Shown piece by piece: positions 1 through 13,528 of a stretch of DNA of 64,000 nucleotides; positions within the stretch are counted from its first letter, which is position 1; every line of letters begins with the position of its first letter. Position numbers and translations under genes: made by a program. The notes beneath the pieces were generated by a model, which saw only the letters and a list, made by a program, of their open reading frames with translations, ran no database searches and was not told where the DNA came from. This DNA is from Nemertoderma westbladi (Eukaryota > Animalia > Xenacoelomorpha). The stretch lies in the NCBI GenBank assembly GCA_032718475.1, contig JAUCBJ010001376.1:1-64000 (forward strand), read 5' to 3'.

Positions 1-2
1 CA

Positions 3-855
3 GTGGCTTTCCAAACAAATTACTGTACGCTGGACATTCCTAAATATTACCCGCAGAATTCTGCTCAGTTAATTTTTTGGTTTCTGACATATAAAAAATA
101 ACATGTCTTATCAATTTGTTTTATATGGGAATTTGAATTGAAACGCCAATTTAGATGTAAAATGTTTACAATGTGCCAACTATAAATATGCCAATTTCGT
201 GAATAAAAGACTACATAACGCCAGTATCTACGTAAAATGGTTTTAATTCGACAACAATTGTCGATAGCCAATATGATCTCTTCAGCTCTTATTTTATTGT
301 ATAATTATATATAATTTATATTATATTATTATATAATATGAGCTCTTCATTGCATTTCTACTAAGTATATTCTGGCACACGAACATCAAAAAACTTGTCT
401 CAATTTGTAATATTTACGAACATGTAATGAAACACCAATTTTGTTCTAAGTGTGTTAATCGGATTCAGAACACATTTTAACATAAAGAAATGCAGAAATC
501 ACCATTTCGGCAAAAATGGCATATAGGTGGTTTCAAAATGAAAGGGACGATATGGTTATGATGATTCGGGTAAGTCTTTAGATCTCTTAAGGTCACAGTG
601 CAGGTGATACCGGTATGGTATTGTCTATGATTTTGAAGGTCCATGTATGTTATGGTTCAGTTTATGTAAATAATGTGGCCTTCGAAACAAATTACAGTAC
701 ACTGGACTGGACATTCCTAAATATTACCCGCAGAATTATTCTGCTTATTATTAATTTGTTTTATATGGGAATTTGAATTGAAACGCCACTTTAGTTGTAA
801 AATGTTTACAGTGTGCCAACAATAAATAGGTCAACAATTTGCCAATTTCGTGAAT
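3..855. repeat. Dispersed direct repeat, ~190-bp copies at ~3-205 and ~675-855
   Basis: Both copies share 'aaacaaattac..tac.ctggac..cattcctaaatattacccgcagaatt' and 'tttgttttatatgggaatttgaattgaaacgcca.tttag.tgtaaaatgtttaca'. Confidence 0.8.
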
Positions 856-1715
856 AAACTCGTCTCCATCACTAGACTGGTTGCGCTCGTCCTGTTTCGC
901 ATCACAAATGAAGGCATTCTCAAGAGGGAGCCCAAGAGATGACAATAAGAGTGAAGCCTCAAAGGGGGAAGGAACGCCCTACGAAACGAATAGAGTTGTG
1001 GGCAGTAACTATCCACTGGGAAGCAGCACCACAAACTTGCGCCAATCACGCTTGTGTATTTAATTTTTGTATATTGGCTGTTTGGTATAACTGGTACATG
1101 CGATGCAGCCTGCAGGATAAAAAGTCTAAATTAGATCCTAAAAAACCTGACTTTGGTGTACCTAGCGAACTTTTTAGGCTTCTTATGCGAACATAAATCG
1201 CAAATTGCTGATAATTTACTGTAGGTCCCGTGTTTTTACTTAGGCCTATATACCACAATAAATGCCATTAATAGTCACCCCATGAGTTTATAGCTTTAAT
1301 TAATATTATGCTCATTTTAATAGTTTATATTAAAAATGGTTTATTTTTTATTGCTAGCCAGGGTGCCGTCAAAAAGAATTATAAATCGTTCCCCAGGAAC
1401 ATATGCTTTTTTCGTTGCATGAAATACAAGAGATGATAGGATGATTAATAATTTGTTAATAATTGGTGCTAGGAACGCTTGAATATAAACTGATAATCAA
1501 ACGCCACTTATGATGAAATTTTTGGTCTTAAGTAGCATTATCGCCATTATGGCGTTAAGATGACATGTCTACCAAACGCCATTATATCCCGCAGAACGCC
1601 CTCATCATATATAAACAGGTCGCAAAAGCGCCAATAAACATATTTCGACATGGCGTATTTGTTAAGCGCAACATCTATATATATATAATATATTGATATT
1701 ATTATTCTCATTCGC

Positions 1716-2600
1716 ATTATTTTATTTTATTTATTTATTCTTTAAACCTCACTAAACTACATATACAAATAACATAACTACTGTACAAAGAAAAACAAAA
1801 AGAAACCTTGGTAGAGCACAATATTACATACAAAAAACGGAAAACTTGAAATTATAAAAAGTAGATTAGAAAATTACAAAAAGCCCCGTGACAGCATCAC
1901 GGCACAAATTATCGGGAAACTGGTCTGCAGACAGTGTAAACAGTTGCACTACATTGTTACAACTGAGCTTAAGTCTACTATGTAGACTACAGACTGCCTT
2001 ATAGTGAATATGACAAAATAAGGGCAGATTTAACTTACTAAGCGGAAGTGGGATGTTCCCAGGCTCGTCATCAGTTAGACGAGGTATATTAAAGAACAAA
2101 CGGGTACAATTATTATATGCTACCCTTATTTTGTCGTAAGCACGTTGTGAATAATTCTGTCTGTTCCACAGACTGTTACAATAAATCGGAGTACAATAAG
2201 CCCTAAATAATACAACTTTGACAACTACCAAAGCACGCCGAAGTTCCTAACTAAGGCACCTGATTAACTCGAGATCATCATCAGTGGACGAACTTAACAT
2301 ATGCCCTTAATAAGTGAACGACTCTACAGTCTTAATCGGTGACCCATATAAATAAACATGAGCACAATAATGCGATATAAAATATATACATTAAGTCTTT
2401 TTAACATTAAATAAAATTGAGTTTACATTCGCATATTTTACGGCAATATCTATTAGATTTTGTAATCCAATAATTGAATTAGAAATTAGACAGGTCGTTG
2501 GTGTATACGATGTGATTGGTTCTTCCAGAATCAATCATGCAACCTATGTCGTCGCGATTTAGAGCAATGCTAAGCCCGTCCACGTACACATTATAGAACA
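1716..2600 (-). mobile_element. 3' fragment of a Proto2-like non-LTR retrotransposon (RT C-terminus, decayed)
   Basis: ORF 1866-2231 reads LFRAYCTPIYCNSLW...YDKIRVAYNNCTR. Upstream minus-strand remnant VYVDGLS...IGC...NHIVYTND is a degenerate RT domain 5. (TAAA)n-like tail at ~1716-1740. Clade assignment is from recalled motifs. Confidence 0.7.
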
Positions 2601-3087
2601 CGTTCGTGGGGCCATCGCGCAGGACGAGGCTCAGTTATCAGATACAGATTAAAATTGAGCGACTGTATCACAAAATCAGGTTTTGAGAAATTTACCCACA
2701 CCACCAATCAATCAAAGAAAGGGGGACAGTACGTGTTCACCCCTTTTAATCTGCACCCCCTCCCCCCACCCTTCCCACCCACCAGTACTTTATAACTACC
2801 GATGCCTTCAATAGGCGAAGCCAGGTATGGTTTATAGGAATATAGTCTACGCAGTACTCGTCTTCATTAGCTGAAAAACTATATATATAAGCTATAATTC
2901 AATATTACTATTTAATTTTTCATATCGCTCATTTTGTTTCCTTTTTTTCCGAATTGAAAAACTTATCGCTTGAGTTCTAACATTTAAATTAATGACTTCC
3001 TAAAGTAAGTGTGGATGGCCTGTATTCTCATACTGTGTAGCGGTTTCTGCAATTTTGTTTTTACTAGTTCTACATATTTTTCATCAT

Positions 3088-6000
3088 TTAATAAATTGTA
3101 TTATGCTTCCAATAGCCGGCACCTTTGGGCCGGTTATTATAATTGTTTGGCAAAATAAATGTGAAAGAAACTGATGAATGATCTGATTTATACCCAGAAA
3201 ACAGCCCGCAGGTGTCGGCTATTGAATTAATGTTGCTCAAAACCAGAAAAAAATCTTTCCGTGTACGCACCCATCCAGAGTGTTCCTTTTGTCTATGTGA
3301 ATACAGTCGTGTATGCACCCATCCAGAGTGTACCTTTTGTCTATGTGAATACAGTCGTGTACGCACCCATCCAGAGTGTACCTTTTGTCTATGTAAATAC
3401 AGTCGTGTACGCACCCATCCAGAGTGTACCTTTTGTCTATGTGAATACAGTCGTGTACGCACCCCTCCAGAGTGTACCTTTTGTCTATGTGAATACAGTC
3501 GTGTACGCATCCATCCAGAGTGTACCTTTTGTCTATGTGAATACAGTCGTGTACGCACCCATCCAGAGTGTACCTTTTGTCTATGTAAATACAGTCGTGT
3601 ACGCACCCCTCCAGAGTGTACCTTTTGTCTATGTAAATACAGTCGTGTACGCACCCATCCAGAGTGTACCTTTTGTCTATGTGAATACAGTCGTGTACGC
3701 ACCCATCCAGAGTGTACCTTTTGTCTATGTGAATACAGTCGTGTACGCACCCATCCAGAGTGTACCTTTTGTCTATGTGAATACAGTCGTGTACGCACCC
3801 CTCCAGAGTGTACCTTTTGTCTATGTGAATACAGTCGTGTACGCACCCATCCAGAGTGTACCTTTTGTCTATGTAAATACAGTCGTGTACGCACCCCTCC
3901 AGAGTGTACCTTTTGTCTATGTAAATACAGTCGTGTATGCACCCATCCAGAGTGTACCTTTTGTCTATTTGAATACAGTCGTGTACGCACCCATCCAGAG
4001 TGTACCTTTTGTCTATGTGAATACAGTCGTGTACGCACCCATCCAGAGTGTACCTTTTGTCTATGTGAATACAGTCGTGTACGCACCCCTCCAGAGTGTA
4101 CCTTTTGTCTATGTGAATACAGTCGTGTATGCACCCATCCAGAGTGTTCCTTTTGTCTATGTGAATACAGTCGTGTACGCACCCATCCAGAGTGTACCTT
4201 TTGTCTATGTGAATACAGTCGTGTACGCACCCCTCCAGAGTGTACCTTTTGTCTATGTGAATACAGTCGTGTACGCACCCATCCAGAGTGTACCTTTTGT
4301 CTATGTGAATACAGTCGTGTACGCACCCATCCAGAGTGTACCTTTTGTCTATGTGAATACAGTCGTGTATGCACCCATCCAGAGTACCTTTTGTCTATGT
4401 GAATACAGTCGTGTACGCACCCATCCAGAGTGTACCTTTTGTCTATGTAAATACAGTCGTGTACGCACCCATCCAGAGTGTACCTTTTGTCTATGTGAAT
4501 ACAGTCGTGTATGCACCCATCCAGAGTGTACCTTTTGTCTATGTGAATACAGTCGTGTACGCACCCATCCAGAGTGTACCTTTTGTCTATGTGAATACAG
4601 TCGTGTACGCACCCATCCAGAGTGTACCTTTTGTCTATGTGAATACAGTCGTGTACGCACCCATCCAGAGTGTACCTTTTGTCTATGTGAATACAGTCGT
4701 GTACGCACCCATCCAGAGTGTACCTTTTGTCTATGTAAATACAGTCGTGTACGCACCCATCCAGAGTGTACCTTTTGTCTATGTGAATACAGTCGTGTAT
4801 GCACCCATCCAGAGTGTACCTTTTGTCTATGTGAATACAGTCGTGTACGCACCCATCCAGAGTGTACCTTTTGTCTATGTGAATACAGTCGTGTACGCAC
4901 CCATCCAGAGTGTACCTTTTGTCTATGTGAATACAGTCGTGTACGCACCCATCCAGAGTGTACCTTTTGTCTATGTGAATACAGTCGTGTACGCACCCAT
5001 CCAGAGTGTACCTTTTGTCTATGTGAATACAGTCGTGTACGCATCCATGCAGAGTGTTCCTTTTGTCTATGTGAATACAGTCGTGTACGCACCCATCCAG
5101 AGTGTACCTTTTGTCTATGTGAATACACTCGTGTACGCACCCATCCAGAGTGTACCTTTTGTCTATGTGAATACTGTCGTGTACGCACCCATCCAGAGTG
5201 TACCTTTTGTCTATGTGAATACAGTCGTGTATGCACCCATCCAGAGTGTACCTTTTGTCTATGTGAATGCAGTCGTGTACGCACCCATCCAGAGAGTACC
5301 TTTTGTCTATGTGAATACAGTCGTGTATGCACCCATCCAGAGTGTACCTTTTGTCTCTGTGAATACTGTCGTGTACGCACCCATCCAGAGTGTACCTTTT
5401 GTCTATGTAAATACAGTCGTGTACGCACCCATCCAGAGTGTATCTTTTGTCTATGTGAATACAGTCGCATACGCACCCATCCAGAGTGTTCCTTTTGTCT
5501 ATGTGAATACAGTCGTGTATGCACCCATCCAGAGTGTACCTTTTGTCTATGTGAATACAGTCGTGTACGCACCCATCCAGAGTGTTCCTTTTGTCTATGT
5601 GAATACAGTCGTGTACGCACCCCTCCAGAGTGTACCTTTTGTCTATGTGAATACAGTCGTGTACGCACCCATCCAGAGTGTACCTTTTGTCTATGTGAAT
5701 ACAGTCGTGTACGCACCCATCCAGAGTGTACCTTTTGTCTATGTGAATACAGTCGTGTATGCACCCATCCAGAGTGTACCTTTTGTCTCTGTGAATACTG
5801 TCGTGTACGCACCCATCCAGAGTGTACCTTTTGTCTATGTGAATACAGTCGTGTACGCACCCATCCAGAGTGTACCTTTTGTCTATGTGAATACAGTCGT
5901 GTACGCACCCATCCAGAGTGTACCTTTTGTCTATGTGAATACAGTCGTGTATGCACCCATCCAGAGTGTACCTTTTGTCTATGTGAATACAGTCGTGTAC

Positions 6001-8447
6001 GCACCCATCCAGAGTGTACCTTTTGTCTATGTGAATACAGTCGTGTACGCACCCATCCAGAGTGTACCTTTTGTCTATGTGAATACAGTCGTGTATGCAC
6101 CCATCCAGAGTGTTCCTTTTGTCTATGTGAATACAGTCGTGTACGCACCCATCCAGAGTGTACCTTTTGTCTATGTGAATACAGTCGTGTACGCACCCAT
6201 CCAGAGTGTACCTTTTGTCTATGTGAATACAGTCGTGTACGCACCCATCCAGAGTGTACCTTTTGTCTATGTGAATACAGTCGTGTACGCACCCATCCAG
6301 AGTGTACCTTTTGTCTATGTGAATACAGTCGTGTATGCACCCATCCAGAGTACCTTTTGTCTATGTGAATACAGTCGTGTACGCATCCATCCAGAGTGTA
6401 CCTTTTGTCTATGTGAATACAGTCGTGTATGCACCCATCCAGAGTACCTTTTGTCTATGTGAATACAGTCGTGTACGCATCCATCCAGAGTGTACCTTTT
6501 GTCTATGTGAATACAGTCGTGTATGCACCCATCCAGAGTGTACCTTTTGTCTATGTGAATACAGTCGTGTACGCACCCATCCAGAGTGTACCTTTTGTCT
6601 ATGTAAATACAGTCGTGTACGCACCCCTCCAGAGTGTACCTTTTGTCTATGTGAATACAGTCGTGTACGCACCCATCCAGAGTGTACCTTTTGTCTATGT
6701 AAATACAGTCGTGTACGCACCCATCCAGAGTGTACCTTTTGTCTATGTGAATACAGTCGTGTATGCACCCATCCAGAGTGTACCTTTTGTCTATGTGAAT
6801 ACAGTCGTGTACGCATCCATGCAGAGTGTTCCTTTTGTCTATGTGAATACAGTCGTGTACGCACCCATCCAGAGTGTACCTTTTGTCTATGTGAATACAG
6901 TCGTGTACGCACCCATCCAGAGTGTTCCTTTTGTCTATGTGAATACAGTCGTGTATGCACCCATCCAGAGTGTACCTTTTGTCTATGTGAATACAGTCGT
7001 GTACGCACCCATCCAGAGTGTACCTTTTGTCTATGTGAATACAGTCGTGTACGCACCCATCCAGAGTGTACCTTTTGTCTATGTAAATACAGTCGTGTAC
7101 GCACCCATCCAGAGTGTACCTTTTGTCTATGTGAATACAGTCGTGTATGCACCCATCCAGAGTGTACCTTTTGTCTATGTGAATACAGTCGTGTACGCAT
7201 CCATGCAGAGTGTTCCTTTTGTCTATGTGAATACAGTCGTGTACGCACCCATCCAGAGTGTACCTTTTGTCTATGTAAATACAGTCGTGTACGCACCCAT
7301 CCAGAGTGTACCTTTTGTCTATGTAAATACAGTCGTGTACGCACCCATCCAGAGTGTACCTTTTGTCTATGTGAATACAGTCGTGTACGCACCCATCCAG
7401 AGTGTTCCTTTTGTCTATGTAAATACAGTCGTGTACGCACCCATCCAGAGTGTACCTTTTGTCTATGTGAATACAGTCGTGTACGCATCCATCCAGAGTG
7501 TACCTTTTGTCTATGTGAATACAGTCGTGTACGCACCCATCCAGAGTGTACGTTTTGTCTCTGTGAATACTGTCGTGTACGCACCCATCCAGAGTGTACC
7601 TTTTGTCTATGTAAATACAGTCGTGTACGCACCCATCCAGAGTGTACCTTTTGTCTATGTAAATACAGTCGTGTACGCACCCATCCAGAGTGTACGTTTT
7701 GTCTCTGTGAATACTGTCGTGTACGCACCCCTCCAGAGTGTACCTTTTGTCTATGTAAATACAGTCGTGTACGCACCCATCCAGAGTGTACCTTTTGTCT
7801 ATGTGAATACAGTCGTGTACGCACCCATCCAGAGTGTACCTTTTGTCTATGTGAATACAGTCGTGTACGCACCCATCCAGAGTGTACCTTTTGTCTATGT
7901 GAATACAGTCGTGTACGCACCCATCCAGAGTGTACCTTTTGTCTATGTGAATACAGTCGTGTACGCACCCATCCAGAGTGTACCTTTTGTCTATGTGAAT
8001 ACAGTCGCCCCTGTGGATTTAGCACACGATAAATATCGAATAAATTTAAATGTTCCATTGTGTCTAAGATACTCTGTCGCACATTTTCATTTGTCTTTGC
8101 TAATCCCCCTTTTTTATCTATGTTCATATCGAGAATGCAATTGAAGTCCCCAGCCCAGATAATGTTGCCCCCGTCAAAGTGTTGCAAGACTTCATTTTTA
8201 ATTTATTCTATCAGTGCAGGGGAGTCAATATTATAGTTGTATATATTAACCAGTGTCAGAATTGTGTCACTAATTGCCCCATTAGTTAGACCACTTATTT
8301 AAGTTTGAATTAGAACAATGTGTTTCTTGGAGGAAGCAAATGTCAAATTTAGCCCTTTTTAGTTTCTCGAAAAGTCGCTATTCTTTTTACGTTATTTTGC
8401 AATCCATTACAATTTAGAGAAACTATATTTATAGACCTGTTAGCCAT
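3088..8447 (-). pseudogene. LINE ORF2 APE endonuclease interrupted by a tandem array
   Basis: APE motifs lie on both sides of the array (GDFN before; RxD and SDH after). Stops and frameshifts near 8190-8350 and within the array. Confidence 0.85.
3260..8007. repeat. 48-bp tandem minisatellite, ~99 units
   Basis: Unit cgtgtacgcacccatccagagtgtaccttttgtctatgtgaatacagt. Three 46-bp variants at ~4385, ~6351 and ~6445. No unique spacers. Confidence 0.98.
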
Positions 8448-9321
8448 TCAAATAATCTTAGTGAAAAAAAACAATTAATAGGCCGTTTCCCAAGTGTGGT
8501 TCCTATTTACATAGTCCCGAGCTGATACCATGCTACTGTACATCACACCCAAATTGCACTTGAAATTATTATAGTATTTATAATACCGTTTATAATAGCA
8601 CAGAAGGATATATATTTTAAGAGTCACATTGAATCTAATATGTAAGTAAAATACAATATTAGGCCTTGTAAAATTTTGTGAGTAATTGTTTCGATAATTA
8701 TTAAAAATTACTTGAACTTGGTCGAGCCACAGACCAATTCCTATAGGAAATTGTATCTTGTAAGCTTAAATATATAACGGGTATTATATTTACTAATAAT
8801 ATTATAGATAGTTTAGGTTTATTCATAGTAGTACCGCCTACGGATCTCACGTAAGACATAAAGCATAAAAAAGAACAGCATGTACAGTATATAATAACAC
8901 GAAAAAAACCGATTATAATTACTCTCTCTAGTTCTCCACCAAATATGAAAATGGCAGAAAGAAATGTAATGAGAGTAATAAGAAAGAAAACTTAAAAAAA
9001 TAAACAGTTCCAAAGATAAACTGTATAAATACATTACTGGGTATTTTCCATCTATTCATAGCAAACTCCTACTTTCTAATCTTATGATATTACCACCAAA
9101 CGTCCGATAAGTTTACATAATTACTATATTCACGCATTATATTTCCTGTTATCAATAACCACTCAGACATAGTGTATATTGTTTAATATAGCAGTTTCTT
9201 AAGTAATTAGCAATTTCTAATGTAACTAGTTAACTTTTCTTTAACATCAAATTTTAATTACAAATAAAGTAAAATGAAAAAAAAAAAAATACATTACTTC
9301 GATTAATTTTAATGATTTACT

Positions 9322-10300
9322 TTACCTAACTCTATTTCGTCCACGACGACCACGTCCACTTACAGGGGGGCCTCTACCACCCTGCGAACTTCCAACCACG
9401 TTATCGATCTCTGTGCCTCCGTCTTCATAAAGCTCCATGCTTAGTGTATCAGCGTCTTTCTGCATCCCTCCCGTTTGTCTCTGACTCAGAAGTCCCTTCG
9501 CGATGGCGACTGGACGTAGTCGTGGTTTTATATTGGAGAAAATATTTTCTCCAGAGCGCATTGAGATATATACGAACGGATGAAATCTTTCGGTGATCCT
9601 TATTATTCTAGCATCCTTTTTATCAGCCACGCTAAGTCTCTTTTTAATTTCCACTAAATCTCGTCGTAGGTCTAGCAAATAAGCAAGAAGATCTCTAGCG
9701 ATCGTTGTTGACCTCATTTATTTGCGTCCGCCAGAGCTTTTTTAAACCATAAGTCAACGTCACCAAGTTGTACGAAGCAAATGAGAATCGGTGCGTCGTG
9801 TTTGCCGGATAATCGGTGGCAGGCTGCCATTAGCGCCCTGGGCAGTCCTAGCATCTCAGCAGTTCGATCGACTACCTTCTTGATTTGTTGTTCATTTTCT
9901 CTTTCGGGACCGCTTGCTCTTGCACCGTAGATGATAATCTGCCATTTCGGATTCCATACGTCCCTGCTAATAATGTTATGTTCTACTTCAGTTAATCTTT
10001 TCCTCTGTTTCAGCTTTACACATCGCAGTAGTTTCCAATGCTTTTTGGATAGCATCGCTGTTTAAGTTGACTGTGCTGATGAGCTCGTTGTATTGGGTGG
10101 TTGTCGTCAGGCTTAAATTACTAATCATTGACGCCAATGTTTCTAGACTCATCGGTGAAGTCGCGGTATTTGCGGCTGATTCGCGTTCTCATCAGGCCAC
10201 AGACTCCAGGGAGATCTCGTTATCTTGCTCGCTTTCTTCCAGAGGAGCGATAGCATTCCAGTAATTTTCTTGCGTTTTTGAGGTTGCATTTCCTGTGAAT
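9322..10300 (-). pseudogene. LINE ORF1 (coiled coil + RRM-like), frameshifted
   Basis: ORFs 9714-10055 and 9322-9717; RG-rich C-terminus; lies upstream of the APE ORF2. Confidence 0.7.
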
Positions 10301-10719
10301 GAAGTCATTTTTTGTTCTCCTTGTCAGATAGCTGCAGGGAGGTCTACCTGAACGGAGTTTTGCCCTTGAAAAACAAAAGGTTATATTATCGATGTCGTTA
10401 CTGTGGTTATCCAGTCGATTATGGTTCTAGGATTACCGGTACCGGTATCAGTATCGTTCCCTTTATATGCCAGAGAAATGTTTGATCGGTTTTTTTTATC
10501 ACTCAACGTTTTGTCTGTACTTTTTCTTGAAAGGAGACCGTTCAAGTAAATGTTGTGTTAATTTAGGGGGCGAGGGAGGATATGATCGTTTTTTTCTTTT
10601 CATGGAATACCGGACCAGTATGCCGGCAGTGGAAATTTATGCTGTCGCCCAACGGTTGTTTGTGGTTTGGTTACTGTGTATCGCATTTAAAATGATTAAT
10701 AATCTGGGTAAATCTTTTC

Positions 10720-10920
10720 GACCTACGCGTAGGCCTACGCGTAGTTTTTAACTTCCATTCCTGTCATTTACCGGTAGGGCCAGACTTACTGCCTTTTTAA
10801 CAACTACGCGTAGGTGTTTTAAAACTACGCGTAGTTATTTTGGAACTACGCGTAGGTATTTTGAAACTACGCGTAGGTGCTACGCGTAGCTACGCGTAGG
10901 TGCTACGCGTAGCAGTCCTG
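10720..10920. repeat. Cluster of palindromic CTACGCGTAG repeats ending in ...CAGTCCTG (probable hAT-type transposon end)
   Basis: About eight copies of the 10-bp palindrome; terminal CTG. Confidence 0.55.
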
Positions 10921-11659
10921 ATAACAATGATTTTTCATTTCAGGTCCGGTAGGGTTGAGTTGTTAGGCAAGTATCGGTATATGTCAGGTATCTGATTATA
11001 GGACAAATGTAATAACAGAATCGGAAGCTCATATCTCTACATACAGCACTGGTAATAAATAATATTCGGCTCTTTCACATACAAACACAGGATGAATAAA
11101 AAGTAAACTTAAAATCACGTCTCATGATTCAAGTATCTTTGTTTCCATTGGATTATTTAAATATTGAACAGTAGTAAATAAAGCGACAAGTCTACTGGTG
11201 AAGAGGTTAAGCGAAAGCTGATAAATACTGCATATAATCAAATTGTTTGGTCAAATAACAAGAGCAACCAATCATGGTAGACAATTTAGTCTCCCCCTTC
11301 CCTTGTCAAGGGGTTAACATATTAAATACAGTATATCCTTGCCCTATCGTGAACAAAGGCAATAAAAAGCATAGAGAATCGATAAGAACCATCGGCCTAT
11401 TTCCTTTGTAAACTATTTTTGAACTCTAAACATTAATTATTAACACATTTTACCGCCCGCAACGCATGAAGTGAAGAATATAGTCTTCGCGTATTCCTCT
11501 ATATAGAGTATACAGGTATAGGATACATTACTGTTGAAAGCGTTTGATGGTTGTGGGTTGTTTATTGAACATACCGTATTGTGTCTTATTTTAGTACTGT
11601 ACTGACTCGCTTGGAATACGTAAGCCTACTAATGATAAACGACGTATAGGCATAGTTAT

Positions 11660-11820
11660 GGGTAGCACCTATGCGTAGGTCGCGTAGGACCTACGCGTAG
11701 GTCGCGTAGGACCTACGCGTAGCTACGCGTAGCACCTACGCGTAGTTATTGTTAAAACTCTGAAACTGGTGATATATGACCCAATGTTGCGAACTACGCG
11801 TACCTACGCGTAGCTACAAT
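11660..11820. repeat. Second CTACGCGTAG cluster (same family)
   Basis: Tandem ctacgcgtag copies followed by ttattgttaaaactctg. Confidence 0.55.
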
Positions 11821-12030
11821 CTCGGCTCGGACTACGTGGACGTGTGTCTTTCCTTTTGAGCCATCCGGATATGTGGACATTGTTCAGTTTAAAGAATCTG
11901 CATGTCAATGTATGTAAACCCAGAAACCAGCCTAAATATTACTGCATTACGTACAGCATTAGAATTCAGACTGTCATTCAAGCCACCTCTTTCAATACTA
12001 CTAATTAGGGTTCGATCAGTGGCAAAATTT

Positions 12031-12333
12031 TGCTGGTGCCGGTGCCTGTGCCTTTGCCAGTGCCGGTGCTGGTGCCGGTGCCAGTGCTGGTGCCGGTGCC
12101 GGTGCTGGTGCCGGTGCCAGTGCTGGTGCCGGTGCTGGTGCCGGTGCCAGTGCTGGTGCCGGTGCCGGTGCTGGTGCTGGTGCTGGTGCCGGTGCCAGTG
12201 CTGGTGCCGGTGCCGGTGCCAGTGCCAGGGCCAGTGCTGGTGCCGGTGCCGGTGCCGGTGCCGGTGCCGGTGCCGGTGCCGGTGCCGGTGCCGGTGCCGG
12301 TGTCACATTGTAAATGCTGGTGCAGGTGCCGGT
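12031..12333. repeat. Hexamer microsatellite (TGCCGG/TGCTGG/TGCCAG)n
   Basis: Directly visible; explains the spurious PA, VP and CR-rich ORFs. Confidence 0.95.
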
Positions 12334-12592
12334 GTTTTTAAATGTTTAGCTATTGGCGTAATTCTATTTGAAAACGAAATAAAATTTCTTTGTAATTACT
12401 TAATTAGTTATAAATTATCACGTTCGTTAGGTTTTGATTTGATTGATTGGTTTGGTGAGCTCGTGAAATCACCCCCCCCCCCCCCCCCCCCCCCCACCCC
12501 CACTTACCTGTTAATCTACTCTATCCTTCTGTAAATCCTGGCAAGCTGTATCTAATGGTATAATCGAGAACACCGTATCTACTCTAGAGATA

Positions 12593-13003
12593 TGCAATGT
12601 AGAAAGGCCGTAAGTCACAACATATGTATAGTTTTACAAAGGAAAAAGACCGCAAGTCACTTAAATTTATGCAAAAAAACCGTAAGTCACAAGACTTGCG
12701 GTGTTTGTCATTGCATTGATAATAAGAAAACGCACACACGGTTTTTTTTTAAATATGTGTCTTGAAATATGTTAGGTTGTATGTATAATGCAAAAACACT
12801 GTAAGTACAAAAAATTACCCTGGGGTCAAAATATTAATGAAAAGTGAAAAATAATCTCGTAGAAAAATTTCCCACCCCCATTTGCGTAGGGTTATAAAAA
12901 ATTAGTAATTTACGGACATTTTAAACCACAAATTTGAAGGCAAACACTAATTTGCGTTTTACTCGAAATGACTTTTTGTGACTTGCGGTCTTTTTACATT
13001 GCA
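12593..13003. mobile_element. MITE with ~28-bp imperfect TIRs
   Basis: tgcaatgtagaaaggccgtaagtcacaa ... ttgtgacttgcggtctttttacattgca; internal subterminal ccg(t/c)aagtcac repeats. Confidence 0.7.
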
Positions 13004-13023
13004 CGGCACATGAGTCTGTACAT

Positions 13024-13381
13024 CAGGGATGGCTTAACGAAACGAAACGAAAGTACTTTCAATTTCGTTTCGTATTGGTTTCGTTTTTTTATCAATCTAT
13101 GACATTTTAAATTCATTTTTCGTTTCGTTTTTATCGAAATTTTTCTTATTTTAATATATTAATAAATTTATATCGTAATGATTAATTACTTTTTAATTTA
13201 ATGAAACGAAACACTTAACGAAACGAAATAGTTATTATTTCGTTTCGTTATTTGCATGTATTTTCGTTTCGTTTCGTTATTTTCCATACATTTTTATATC
13301 ATTTTTCGTTTCGTTTAACATTTTTTCGTTTCGTTATTGCAAAAATTCTTAGTTTCGTTTCGTTTGGTTATGCCATCCCTG
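13024..13381. mobile_element. hAT-type MITE
   Basis: TIRs cagggatggcttaac / gttatgccatccctg; 8-bp TSD ctgtacat / ctgtacag (1 mismatch); internal (AACGA)n and (TTTCG)n subterminal repeats. Confidence 0.85.
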
Positions 13382-13528
13382 CTGTACAGTAGTATACTGT
13401 TGTATATATATGCACCGTACCTACCTACCTACCTTAGAAAGCGGTAGCCAAACACCTTCCTTCCGCTCCAGTATTCCAATGGGTCACTGGGTTACGTTGA
13501 TAATTGCTCCACCGGCGAAATTTATTTT

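Larger units (their letters stand above)
2880..10400 (-). mobile_element. L1/Tx1-type LINE: ORF1 plus 5' part of ORF2, 3'-truncated and disrupted
   Basis: ORF1 pieces 9322-10055 contain the L1-ORF1 RRM-like IIIYGA...ACHRLSG...PILICF. ORF2 starts at ATG 8447: MANRSINIVSLNCNGL, FDICFLQETH, IIWAGDFNCILD, DIYRVLNP, RKDFFLV, SDHSSV, GYWKHN (APE endonuclease). Confidence 0.85.

Noticed and set aside
3260-8007. CRISPR array or giant Cys-rich/repeat protein (ORFs up to 1035 aa)
   Set aside because: Head-to-tail units with no unique spacers, no cas genes and a eukaryotic context; the long ORFs arise because the 48-bp unit lacks stops in several frames.
11902-12534. Cys-rich, Pro-Ala and Val-Pro ORFs
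   Set aside because: Translations of a hexamer microsatellite.
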